DNA from: an uncultured Lysobacterales bacterium
GTDB taxonomy: Bacteria > Pseudomonadota > Gammaproteobacteria > Xanthomonadales > SZUA-36
Assembly: GCA_937924405.1 (NCBI GenBank)
Contig: CALDVW010000029.1
Span: 5,390-69,389 of the forward strand
DNA: 64,000 nt
Direction: 5' to 3'
Shown here: positions 20,519 to 29,401 of the stretch, one piece after another
Layout of the letters: the number at the start of each line of letters is the position of its first letter
Numbering within the stretch: the stretch's first letter is position 1
The notes under the pieces: model-generated
What the model was told of the DNA's origin: nothing
The model's database searches: none
Seen by the model: the letters and a program-made list of their open reading frames with translations, nothing else
Translations under genes and position numbers: made by a program

Positions 20519-20710
20519 AGTTCCGCCGCAATCCGGACAGTTTTCGATGTCGATCGCCAAGACCCGCCAGAGACATGGCATTCACAGCACCAGATTCAAC
20601 GATCGAGGGTTGCATCGGAGGCATGCGGGATTTCAAATTCCTGCGCTGGCTCCCATACTCCCTTAGAATTGAACTTCTGATTTAAACCCTTTGCCGAGGG
20701 TTACAGTCCA

Positions 20711-21292
20711 ATGTACATGGGAGGAGCGCAAGTGGCATCGTGGGAAGCGAACGCCGCACAACACGATGAAGATGCTGAGCTGGTGGAAAAAGCCGGACAG
20801 GGCGACCGCTTGGCCTTCGAAACACTCTACCGGCGTCACCGGGATCGGATTTACGGACTGCTGTGGCGACTGTGTGGAGGCGACCCCTCGCTGGCCGAGG
20901 ATATGTTGCAGGAAGCTTTTGTCCGGGCCTGGAACAAGCTGGACAGCTTCAGGGGAGAAGCCCGCTTCTCCACCTGGCTTCACAGGCTTTCCGCAAATGT
21001 CGCATTGAGCGACCGGCGTTCCCGGATGAGGCGCCTGAGCAGGGAAACGGAATTGGAAGGAACAGTGGAACGATTGGCAACCGGTGAAAAAGATGTGTAC
21101 GCAGACAAGCGTATGGATCTGGAACAGGCAATATCCCGTTTACCGGAGCGGGCGCGCACCGTTCTGATCCTGTATGACGTAGAGGGCTATAGCCACGCGG
21201 AAATAGCTGAAATTGCCGGTATGGCAGTAGGGTCTTCAAAAGCCCAACTGCATCGAGCTCGGAAATTGGTCCGCAAGGAATTGGAAAAATGA
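20711..21292 (+). CDS. ECF-type RNA polymerase sigma factor
   Basis: Region 2 (...DRIYGLLWRLCGGDPSLAEDMLQEAFVRAW...) and region 4 HTH (...GYSHAEIAEIAGMAVGSSKAQLHRARKLV...). The start may be the GTG at 20731, downstream of GGGAGGAG. Confidence 0.85.
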   Translation: MYMGGAQVASWEANAAQHDEDAELVEKAGQGDRLAFETLYRRHRDRIYGLLWRLCGGDPSLAEDMLQEAFVRAWNKLDSFRGEARFSTWLHRLSANVALSDRRSRMRRLSRETELEGTVERLATGEKDVYADKRMDLEQAISRLPERARTVLILYDVEGYSHAEIAEIAGMAVGSSKAQLHRARKLVRKELEK

Positions 21293-21867
21293 AATCCAGA
21301 ATTACAGAGCATGAATTGGTCGAACGCCTGGGTGAACTTCCGCGTGAAATCAGCCCGAACAGAGACCCCTGGCCGGAAATTTCGGCGAGGATTGAGAGCC
21401 CGTCTCCCGCTGAAGTTTCCAGAGCTTCTTCAAGTGGCTGGATGTTGAAAGCGGTGGCGGCTTCCGTGCTGCTTGCCTTTACCGTTGGCCTGTTGCTGGG
21501 TCCTCTGCGAAATGACCAGCCGTCAGGCGCGGTCGACACCGTCGCTTTGGAAAAGACCGGCTTACCAGCCGAATCATTTCGGTTACAGGGCGCCCTGATT
21601 GCCAGTGAATCGGAATACCAGGCTGCATTCAGGGAGTTCATTCCGATTGGTGAATCTCGAAAGTCTCTGCCATTGAAGACTGTCGAAATGATCGAATCTG
21701 GCTGGGCAGACCTGACTGATACGGAAACGGTATTGACAGCTGCACTGGAACAAAACCCGGAAGATCAATTTTTAAGCGGTCGCATGCTCGAGCTTCGTGC
21801 GCGGCAGCTCGGATTTTTAAAACAACTTGCCAGGCTGGACAGGAACAGCCGGAGGATGACCATATGA
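21289..21867 (+). CDS. Putative single-pass anti-sigma factor
   Basis: ATGA overlap with the sigma gene, one TM segment (MLKAVAASVLLAFTVGLLLG) and a helical C-terminal domain. There is no zinc-finger motif, so the call rests mainly on position. Confidence 0.5.
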   Translation: MKSRITEHELVERLGELPREISPNRDPWPEISARIESPSPAEVSRASSSGWMLKAVAASVLLAFTVGLLLGPLRNDQPSGAVDTVALEKTGLPAESFRLQGALIASESEYQAAFREFIPIGESRKSLPLKTVEMIESGWADLTDTETVLTAALEQNPEDQFLSGRMLELRARQLGFLKQLARLDRNSRRMTI

Positions 21868-22769
21868 ATACCCAAGTGACGAACAATAAAATCAGAACAG
21901 TAGTGACTGCTGCCTTTGTTGTCGCGCTCTCAACGCCCCTGATTGCAATTGGCGGCGATGAAATCGACAAGACGCTGGACATGCCGAAAGACGGCCATGT
22001 TCTGGTCGAAAACCTGGCAGGCAGCATTGAATTTACCGCCTGGGATCGCTCGGAGGCTCAAGTCCGCGGATCTGCCGGTGATGATGTCGAGGAGGTTGAG
22101 ATCACAAAGACTTCCAATGGTATTCAGGTCAAGGTACGTAACCGCAAAGGCGAACGCCGTATTGACGACACAGACTTGTATCTGAAAATCCCGAAAGGCG
22201 CCAGCATTGAGGCCGAAGGCGTCAGTGTCGACATAACGATCAGCGAAAGCGAGGCTGAGAGCATCATGCTGAATACAGTTTCCGGCGACCTCGGAGTAGA
22301 ATCGGCGTCCCAGCGGATTGAGTTGGCTGCGGTCAGCGGAGACATCGAATTTGAAGGAAAGGCCAGCCGTGCCAATGTTGAAAGTGTCAGCGGGGATATT
22401 ACCCTCGTCGGCCTGTCAGGTGAGATTGGCGTGAGCACCGTATCCGGGGATATTTCACTCGAAGCACAAGAAGTCAGCCGCGGTCGATTCGAATCGGTAT
22501 CCGGCGAAATGACATTGGAACTTTCCTTGAATGACGGTGGCCGCCTGACCAGTGACTCCATGAGCGGAGATGTCTATTTGAAGTTGCCTGACTCTCAACA
22601 GGCCGAGTTTACCGCCCAGAGCTACAGCGGAGATATCCATTCAGACTTTGGCAATTCGGCGAAAGTGTCGCAGGGACCAGGTGTGATGCTGAACCACCGC
22701 GAAGGTGACAATGGCGCCGAAGTAAGGCTGGAGACATTCAGCGGAGATATTTCCATAAGCACCGAATAA
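21864..22769 (+). CDS. DUF4097-like beta-helical repeat protein (putative adhesin-type fold), secreted
   Basis: Signal peptide and at least 8 repeats of (V/M/Y/F)SG(D/E)(I/L/V/M), e.g. VSGDLGVES, VSGDIEFEG, VSGDITLVG, VSGDISLEA, FSGDISIST. ATGA overlap with the upstream gene. Confidence 0.7.
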   Translation: MNTQVTNNKIRTVVTAAFVVALSTPLIAIGGDEIDKTLDMPKDGHVLVENLAGSIEFTAWDRSEAQVRGSAGDDVEEVEITKTSNGIQVKVRNRKGERRIDDTDLYLKIPKGASIEAEGVSVDITISESEAESIMLNTVSGDLGVESASQRIELAAVSGDIEFEGKASRANVESVSGDITLVGLSGEIGVSTVSGDISLEAQEVSRGRFESVSGEMTLELSLNDGGRLTSDSMSGDVYLKLPDSQQAEFTAQSYSGDIHSDFGNSAKVSQGPGVMLNHREGDNGAEVRLETFSGDISISTE

Positions 22770-22792
22770 TCAGGAACACTGCGGTGCAATAA

Positions 22793-23794
22793 TCATTCAT
22801 CGGCTGTCACGAACCGGACAATGTGATTGGCGACCGGTTCGTTATTTTCCGGCAGCATGATGTCGCCGGCCAGGACGTGGTTGTCGCGGTCGGCGAATCC
22901 CGGAATCGTGATCAGTTTTTTGCGCGCGCTGTTGATTTGCTCGAATGACCGGGTGATCCAGTGAGTGTCGACCACCGCATCCTGGGGCGAATAGAGTGTG
23001 AGTAGGGATTGTTGCAGCCGCATGGGCAGTTTGCCGCGAACGTATTCGACCAGGCGCATCATTTCAACGATTGCGGCCATCGGGTAGGAATACGACCAGT
23101 AACGCGCCTGTAGCTCGTTTCGCGGCGTCCAGCTGTGTGTATCACCGACGACCAGGTAAGCCAGTTGGGGCCCGCCTGGCCAGGTCAGGAACTCGGTGTT
23201 GGAGTCCAGGAGTCCAAAATTTGGTGCCAACAGGATGATATGACTGACCTGGCCAAATAAGGGGTGGTCTGTCATTGCCATGGCCAGAGTCGCTCCTGTT
23301 GATGTTCCCATAACAATGACGCGGTCGCCTGTGGCGGCCCCGATTGCCAATGCTTCGGCGGCGTCATCGAGCCAGTCTTCGGCCCGCACGCCATCCAGTG
23401 GATTGTGCTGGTGACCGTGGCCGGTCAGGCGTGTTTCGAACAGATTGGCGCCCAGTGCGTCTGAAATCAGCTCCCCGACCGGGGCAATTTCCTGCCGTGT
23501 CGCAGAAAAGCCGTGAAAATACACCAGCGAATATGGCGTTTTTGTATTCCTGTGACCCTGGTACCAGCGAATGCGTTTCTCGGTATCGGGGATGATGGCT
23601 GAACGCTCGCTGACTTTCTGCTCCTTGTTAGCCAGCCATTTATCCAGGTCTCCGTCGATTTCGTATACCTTTGCCTCGTTGACCAGCTCAGCAGGCGCCT
23701 TTGCCAGCAGGGTTGCTGCCAGCACCAAAAAGAGAACGAGAAAACCGACCAGCAGTTTGCGAACCATGTGAATCAGCTCTATTGAATAAAACAA
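22793..23794 (-). CDS. Alpha/beta-fold hydrolase (lysophospholipase/monoglyceride-lipase-like), membrane anchored
   Basis: ...LVYFHGFSAT..., nucleophile elbow GTSTG and an N-terminal TM segment. The start may be at 23767. Confidence 0.75.
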   Translation of the reverse strand: MFYSIELIHMVRKLLVGFLVLFLVLAATLLAKAPAELVNEAKVYEIDGDLDKWLANKEQKVSERSAIIPDTEKRIRWYQGHRNTKTPYSLVYFHGFSATRQEIAPVGELISDALGANLFETRLTGHGHQHNPLDGVRAEDWLDDAAEALAIGAATGDRVIVMGTSTGATLAMAMTDHPLFGQVSHIILLAPNFGLLDSNTEFLTWPGGPQLAYLVVGDTHSWTPRNELQARYWSYSYPMAAIVEMMRLVEYVRGKLPMRLQQSLLTLYSPQDAVVDTHWITRSFEQINSARKKLITIPGFADRDNHVLAGDIMLPENNEPVANHIVRFVTADE

Positions 23795-23845
23795 CGTTTT
23801 ACCGCCGGGGACTCCCGGCGGTAATGGCCTTCAGGCCCGAAGCGA

Positions 23846-26398
23846 TCAGAAACGCCCCCTCAGCGTCAGGCCATAAGTTCGTGGCTGGTTGGGGTAACCG
23901 CTGTAGCTTCCAGGTTGTGCGACCGACGGGAACGCGGAAAGCAGAAAGTCGTCATTATTCAGGTTTCTCCCCCACAGCATCAATTCGAGGCCGTTGGTCC
24001 AGCTCAGGCCGATACTCGCGTTGAACATGCTGATTTTACGTGACGCGATATCCTCGGAAACGTTCTCCACAACCTGCACTTCGCTTTCATAAATGTATTC
24101 GCCCCGGATGAAAGCGCTGGTGGCGCCGATATCAAAGTAATACGTCCCCGCGAGGTTCATGCTAAATTCCGGGATGCCGGCCGGCGTGGTTCCGCTGAGG
24201 TCCTCGGGCCCGTCCACACCTTCGCCCTGTTCAAAGGAGTCGTACTCCGGATCGAGCCAGGTTCCGGAAAAGGTCAGTTTCAGTGATTCGGTCGGCAGCC
24301 ACAGGGAATCCACCTCGAGGCCGGTTGTAGATTGCTTGCCCGCATTGGCCAGTACGAAACCGGTGCCGGTGAAGATATTCGATTGGAAGCCATCGATTTC
24401 CTGGGAAAAAAGCGCCATGTTGAGCATGGTGGTTTGCCAACTGCCCTTGAAGCCCAGTTCAAAAACCTGCGCCTCTTCCGGGCCGGCATAACGCGTCCCC
24501 GGCGTCAGGTTGTTTACCGTGAGCCCCGCTTCTTCCAGTGCTGGAATATCCTCGGCAAAAGGCCTTGAATCTCGGCTCAGGTTCCATGAAGTGGCCTTGA
24601 AGCCGGTACCGGCGCTGGCATAAAGATTGATGTTGTCGTTAGCCTGGAAAGCGGCTCGAAGTGTCCATGTGGTCTTGCTGTCATTGGATTTGCCGGGCTC
24701 GACGGAGTTCGGGAAATCAACAAACGGGGGTAGTAACTGCAACTGTTGCAGGCCCAGTATCGGATTGCAGGCAGGGCCCGTTTCCGGTGTGCATTGAACC
24801 GTGCTCAAAGCGTTTGCTATCGCCGCTGCTCCGGGGTTTGCAATGATGTTTTCGATCGTCGGTGGTAATCCCGTCAACTGGAAGAAACCGGCCCCGAAAC
24901 CTATCTGAACCATGTCGAGGCCTGAAAAAATGTCGGAATTGGTCTGCTGAATGAAGGCGTCTTTCTTGACTTTCGTGTAATTGGCGCCGCCGGTCAGGGT
25001 AAGCCGGTCCGTGACGTGCCAGTCGAGTTGACCGAACAGGGAGGTTGTGCGGTCATCTTGTCCGGTCTGGTCGAATGCACCTTGCCCCGAATCCAGGAAT
25101 CTGACCGATGGCGGCAGCAATCCAAGTGCGATCATGGTCTGCTCGAGTTGCGTAACACCGCCGCCCGAGAGAATATCATTATAGGGGCGATACGCCGAAT
25201 CGTATTTGACGTCGTTATCATGTGTTATGTCCTCATCGAAGTAATACGCTCCCACCATCCAATCCAGGGAATCCGTCGACTGGCTCAGGCGGAACTCCTG
25301 GGTGAATGTTTCGATATCGGTGTCGCCCGAGTTAACCGATATCAGTCTGGCGCTGGTGAAGTCGACGTCAGCGTTGTCGAATCGCGACATTTCCCGGTAC
25401 GCGGTGATCGATGTCAGGACCATGTCATTGGAAAAATTGAAGTCGGCCTGCAACGATACGCCCTTGTTTTCGATCTTGTTGGTGGGATCGAAATCCAGAT
25501 ACTGCTCGCGGGCGAAAGCGTCGTTTGGTACCAGCTTCCCGCCGACCAGAAATATCGCCGGAGTGGTGGGTCCTGCCACCAGGTTCGCTACTCCACAACA
25601 CTTTTCATCGATCTCGTCGTAGTCGGCGATCAGGCGCAACGTCGTGTTATCAGATGGCAACCACAGGAGTTGTCCCCGAAAACCCCAACGGTCACGCTCG
25701 TTGATCTTCGAACCTGTCTCAAGATTCTTGAAATAGCCGTCCCGACTGTTCCCGTTCACTGCCAGGCTGAATCCGACCGTGTCGGAAATCGGCCCGGAAA
25801 GGCTCCCCCTCAGAATCATCTGGTTGTAATTGCCATAAGTGAATTCACCGTATCCTTCCAGCGCATCCATGTTTGGCGCGGCGGTGACGATATTGATCAC
25901 ACCGGCAGACGCATTTTTACCAAACAGGGTGCTTTGCGGGCCGCGCAACACTTCGATCCGCTCCAGATTGGGCAGGTCTGCAATCGCGGAAGCCGAGCGC
26001 GAACGGTAGACGCCGTCAATAAAAACACCTACTGATGGTTCGATTCCCGGATTGTTGGCGCCGTTGCCGAAGCCGCGGATGATGAAGTTGGTGTTACCGG
26101 TTGTCTGAAGCTGGGTGACCTTCAGCGAAGGCACCAATGTCTGCAACTGGATCATGTCCGTGATAAAGGCCTGCTCCAAAACTTCGGCATCAACGACGGA
26201 TACCGCGATCGGAACTTCCTGCAGAGTCTGCTCGCGCTTGGTCGCCATGACGACCACCTCTTCCATCACGTTCGAAGGATCGTCTGAAGATTGCCCGAAA
26301 ACAGGCGAAAACACGACTACGGCAAGCAGTCCGGACAGAGTGCTATATCTGATTGGATTTACCACAAGAAATACTCCCAGCTTTGTAAGCGATGACAA
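23846..26398 (-). CDS. TonB-dependent outer-membrane receptor
   Basis: 850 aa with a signal peptide, plug (...ERIEVLRGPQSTLFGKNASAGVINIV...) and a barrel ending ...YGLTLRGRF. Confidence 0.9.
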   Translation of the reverse strand: MSSLTKLGVFLVVNPIRYSTLSGLLAVVVFSPVFGQSSDDPSNVMEEVVVMATKREQTLQEVPIAVSVVDAEVLEQAFITDMIQLQTLVPSLKVTQLQTTGNTNFIIRGFGNGANNPGIEPSVGVFIDGVYRSRSASAIADLPNLERIEVLRGPQSTLFGKNASAGVINIVTAAPNMDALEGYGEFTYGNYNQMILRGSLSGPISDTVGFSLAVNGNSRDGYFKNLETGSKINERDRWGFRGQLLWLPSDNTTLRLIADYDEIDEKCCGVANLVAGPTTPAIFLVGGKLVPNDAFAREQYLDFDPTNKIENKGVSLQADFNFSNDMVLTSITAYREMSRFDNADVDFTSARLISVNSGDTDIETFTQEFRLSQSTDSLDWMVGAYYFDEDITHDNDVKYDSAYRPYNDILSGGGVTQLEQTMIALGLLPPSVRFLDSGQGAFDQTGQDDRTTSLFGQLDWHVTDRLTLTGGANYTKVKKDAFIQQTNSDIFSGLDMVQIGFGAGFFQLTGLPPTIENIIANPGAAAIANALSTVQCTPETGPACNPILGLQQLQLLPPFVDFPNSVEPGKSNDSKTTWTLRAAFQANDNINLYASAGTGFKATSWNLSRDSRPFAEDIPALEEAGLTVNNLTPGTRYAGPEEAQVFELGFKGSWQTTMLNMALFSQEIDGFQSNIFTGTGFVLANAGKQSTTGLEVDSLWLPTESLKLTFSGTWLDPEYDSFEQGEGVDGPEDLSGTTPAGIPEFSMNLAGTYYFDIGATSAFIRGEYIYESEVQVVENVSEDIASRKISMFNASIGLSWTNGLELMLWGRNLNNDDFLLSAFPSVAQPGSYSGYPNQPRTYGLTLRGRF

Positions 26399-26505
26399 TT
26401 CGACGGTGTTTGCCTTATCACCTGAGTGTTTAATATTCTACAACAATTATAATTAAATTATGTAACATATTGATTTGATAATACATCTTATCTTTCTTTA
26501 GAGAA

Positions 26506-27855
26506 TTACCCGTTTTTGAGCCGCGACGTGATGTCTTCCCTGGCAGTCCTTATGATTGAGTCACGATCGAGTGTTGCAAGCAGGGTGCGGGCGGTTTTTC
26601 TTGGCCCCGAGCTACCCCAGGACTTCCCTTTGGAAAACCAGGTTTGAGCCATTTTGCCGGTCAGGTAGGTGGCGTACCAGGCCAGCGACCCCTGAGCCGC
26701 AGCAGTCAGGGTGGTGGATAGTCCGGCACTTACGGTTTTTAATGCGCTGGAAACCAGGTTCATGCCCCAGTAGGCTCCCATGAGAGCAATCAATTGAGCC
26801 GAAATTGTGAGCAGCAATTTCGAGGCTTCCGTGCGAGATAATTTGAAGCCATAAACTTCGCCAAGATGGATGACCATGGCGATGTCGCCACCGGCGGCAG
26901 CCAGCAGGTCCGTTACAGGAACCGGGTTAAGCGCCACCAGCAGGCCTTTCCCAATGCAGTAATTTCGAATGATTTTCTCCGCCACTGTTTTGCGGGCCGC
27001 TACGATTCGGGTGGCGATTTTTTCATCGAGTTCACTCGCGAAAATAGCCGCGTTCAGGGCTGCGAGCGTCTGGCCGTCTTTTTCGAGGATTGACCACAGG
27101 CGATTCCGGAGATCTGTGGTTTCTGGTCGCCGCGCTCTTGTCGTTTCACTTTCCCGGCCGGATTCGTCGACACGAACGAGGGTTTCGGGCCGCGGATCAG
27201 CGCTGACTGCCAGGATGTTGTCCGGATGCAGCAGGCCTTCACAGCGCATTCCCAGCTGATTCAAAAGCAATTCGCATTCCCAGGCCGTGTACCGGTCCGT
27301 TTTATTCAGTACAAGTAACACCTTGCGTTGAGCAGCACACAGTTGCTGAAGCGCCTGGAATTCGGAATCGGTAAGATCTGCTTCGCACACCATGAGAGTG
27401 ACATCGGCACGCCGGCTGATGCGGCGTGCCAGTTGCTCACGTTCGTCGCCATCGAGTTCATCAATTCCAGGTGTGTCAATCAGCACGACGTGGCCGTCGC
27501 TTAATGATTGCCAGTCTGCCCGATGCTCGTATCTAGTTTCACCATGCAGCGGACTGGTACTGAAAGCCTCTTTTTGCAGCAAGGCGTTCAGCAGAGAAGA
27601 TTTCCCCACCCCGACACGCCCGAAGGCGGCAATGTGGATTTCGCCTCTTCTCAGCTTGGTGGATATGGATTCTATTTCATCGAATTCGACAGATAATTCC
27701 GCCCTGACTGATGCGGGAATGTTGGTATCCTCGATCAGTTCCCGGATATTGCTGTTCGCTTCTAGCAGGTGTTGTTCAGGATTCGCCGTCACCCGGTTGC
27801 TTGCGGGAGATCGCCATTTTTGCAAAATGGACTGCACCTGATTCCAGATGGTCAT
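26506..27855 (-). CDS. GTPase fused to a DUF697 (YcjF-like) membrane domain, paralog B
   Basis: G1 GRVGVGKSS, G3 DTPG, G4 NKTD. The C-terminal hydrophobic DUF697-like region is ...GLLVALNPVPVTDLLAAAGGDIAMVIHLGEVYG... SD-like GAGGA lies 8 nt before the ATG at 27855, inside the upstream gene. Confidence 0.7.
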   Translation of the reverse strand: MTIWNQVQSILQKWRSPASNRVTANPEQHLLEANSNIRELIEDTNIPASVRAELSVEFDEIESISTKLRRGEIHIAAFGRVGVGKSSLLNALLQKEAFSTSPLHGETRYEHRADWQSLSDGHVVLIDTPGIDELDGDEREQLARRISRRADVTLMVCEADLTDSEFQALQQLCAAQRKVLLVLNKTDRYTAWECELLLNQLGMRCEGLLHPDNILAVSADPRPETLVRVDESGRESETTRARRPETTDLRNRLWSILEKDGQTLAALNAAIFASELDEKIATRIVAARKTVAEKIIRNYCIGKGLLVALNPVPVTDLLAAAGGDIAMVIHLGEVYGFKLSRTEASKLLLTISAQLIALMGAYWGMNLVSSALKTVSAGLSTTLTAAAQGSLAWYATYLTGKMAQTWFSKGKSWGSSGPRKTARTLLATLDRDSIIRTAREDITSRLKNG

Positions 27856-29272
27856 TCAAAAGATCCTCGAAAGCTTCAGCGGCCGGGTATGGGCGTAATT
27901 CACCGCGATTGGCCATGGTTTCCGACGCGGCCCTGCCAAGACTGTCAAAGATCATGCCATAGGCTACGGCGTGGATCACGCCTCCCGAAATGGTCCCGAT
28001 GCCGGGGAACGCTTTCAGCGCATTACCGGCGATGGCCAAAGTCAGGGCGGTGACGTTTTTCACTTTGCCGCCGGCGAGCTCGAGAAACGACTCGATTTCG
28101 ATTTCCTTCACCGGCACATCGTAGAGCCGCGAGAGTTCACGGATCAGTTTTGTCGCCAGAACTCCCTGGATGACCAGATCCGAGCCAGGGGCGACCGCTG
28201 CCAGCGCGCCGATAACAGCGCGCCGGGAATATTTGCTAACCAGTTCGTCGGCCTGCACTTCCCGGTGCCGGTTCCGGGCTGCTTCCAGCTTTTCACTCGC
28301 CAGCGTCAAAACGGCTGTCTGGCGCAGGGACTCCATCAACTCGCGATCCTGATCAAGGTGGCGCTGAACACTGCTGAGCAGATCAGCAACTTCGGGTTGA
28401 CGATCCCTGCTGCCGCGCTGCTCCATATCTTCACCGAGCATGCGGATCACTTCTTCCCGGCCGCCGGTACTGATCGCGACTACATCGCTTTCGTCAAGAC
28501 CGGTTTTTTCGCTGATCTCACTGAGCAGTGCGGCGAGTTCCGCCTCGGTGTAACGATCGGACTTGTTCAATGCGAGCACCAGGGGTTTTCGCAGTGTCAT
28601 CCGCTGTTTGAGCTGGGAAACCTGGCTGCCGGTAAGATCACTGTCGCACAGAAAGATCACCAGATGGGCCCGGCGTGTCTCCTCGATGGCCGCGGAGTCA
28701 TCATCAAGATTAAAACCTGGCAGGTCGGTAATCACCACCCGGTCACCCGAAGCAGCCTGCCAGGAATAATGACGTATGCTGCTAGTCGTTCCCGCACGGG
28801 GATCAGTATCGATTTCCACTTCGGGTAATAGCGCTTTGACCAGGCTGCTCTTGCCGCTGCTGACTTCCCCGTAGACGGCGATGAATATCTCTCCGCTGCC
28901 GCCCCGGCGCCGTTGTTCCCTGATTTCCTCCAGCGCTTCTGAAACATCGATGCCCTGGCGTGCAGACTCGAGCAGGTCCTCCTGCAGAGCTTCATCACTG
29001 AGCTGTCGCTTCTCAGTACGGGGCTGCTTTTTCGCCGGACGGAACCAGTTCCAGAACAGGACCAGGGTCATTAGTGGTAGTCCGGCCAGGATAATGGCGT
29101 AACCCACCTGTATCCACGGCGGAGCTTCTTTCAGGTAATGCCACACCGTCAGTGCGGTTTCCGATGCAATAAGTACCAGGAATAGCACCAGGAAAGCGAT
29201 GATCAGGATCGCGATGGAGGCTAGCAGTCGTAAAGGCATGTCCAGATGAATTTTCCGTTTCAGGCAGAGCAT
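27776..29272 (-). CDS. GTPase fused to a DUF697 (YcjF-like) membrane domain, paralog A, with two N-terminal TM segments
   Basis: G1 GEVSSGKSS, G3 DLPG, G4 NKSD, a coiled-coil linker, and C-terminal ...AVIGALAAVAPGSDLVIQGVLATKLIRELSRLYD... The start may be at 29239. Confidence 0.7.
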   Translation of the reverse strand: MLCLKRKIHLDMPLRLLASIAILIIAFLVLFLVLIASETALTVWHYLKEAPPWIQVGYAIILAGLPLMTLVLFWNWFRPAKKQPRTEKRQLSDEALQEDLLESARQGIDVSEALEEIREQRRRGGSGEIFIAVYGEVSSGKSSLVKALLPEVEIDTDPRAGTTSSIRHYSWQAASGDRVVITDLPGFNLDDDSAAIEETRRAHLVIFLCDSDLTGSQVSQLKQRMTLRKPLVLALNKSDRYTEAELAALLSEISEKTGLDESDVVAISTGGREEVIRMLGEDMEQRGSRDRQPEVADLLSSVQRHLDQDRELMESLRQTAVLTLASEKLEAARNRHREVQADELVSKYSRRAVIGALAAVAPGSDLVIQGVLATKLIRELSRLYDVPVKEIEIESFLELAGGKVKNVTALTLAIAGNALKAFPGIGTISGGVIHAVAYGMIFDSLGRAASETMANRGELRPYPAAEAFEDLLNDHLESGAVHFAKMAISRKQPGDGES

Positions 29273-29401
29273 ATCAAGTCCAGACGGCCAGGGCAGCTAT
29301 TGTCAAGAGGCGGTCGCCGTTGTAGATTGATGATTCCGGGCACCGCGCGCCCCCTGGTCCTTCGTTCACGAAGGATATAACGCGGTGAGAAGGGGAAAAT
29401 C

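Noticed and set aside
25016-26035. 339-aa ORF on the plus strand, antisense to the 850-aa TonB-dependent receptor
   Set aside because: It is fully nested opposite a well-supported gene, has no recognisable domain, and its Arg/Gly/Val/Gln-rich composition is typical of shadow frames in GC-rich coding DNA.
26477-26492. GATAATACATCTTATC, a Fur-box-like sequence in the AT-rich region upstream of the 850-aa receptor
   Set aside because: It matches only the outer thirds of the 19-bp Fur consensus and is 3 nt too short in the centre. The resemblance may be no more than AT-richness, so it is not reported as a feature.
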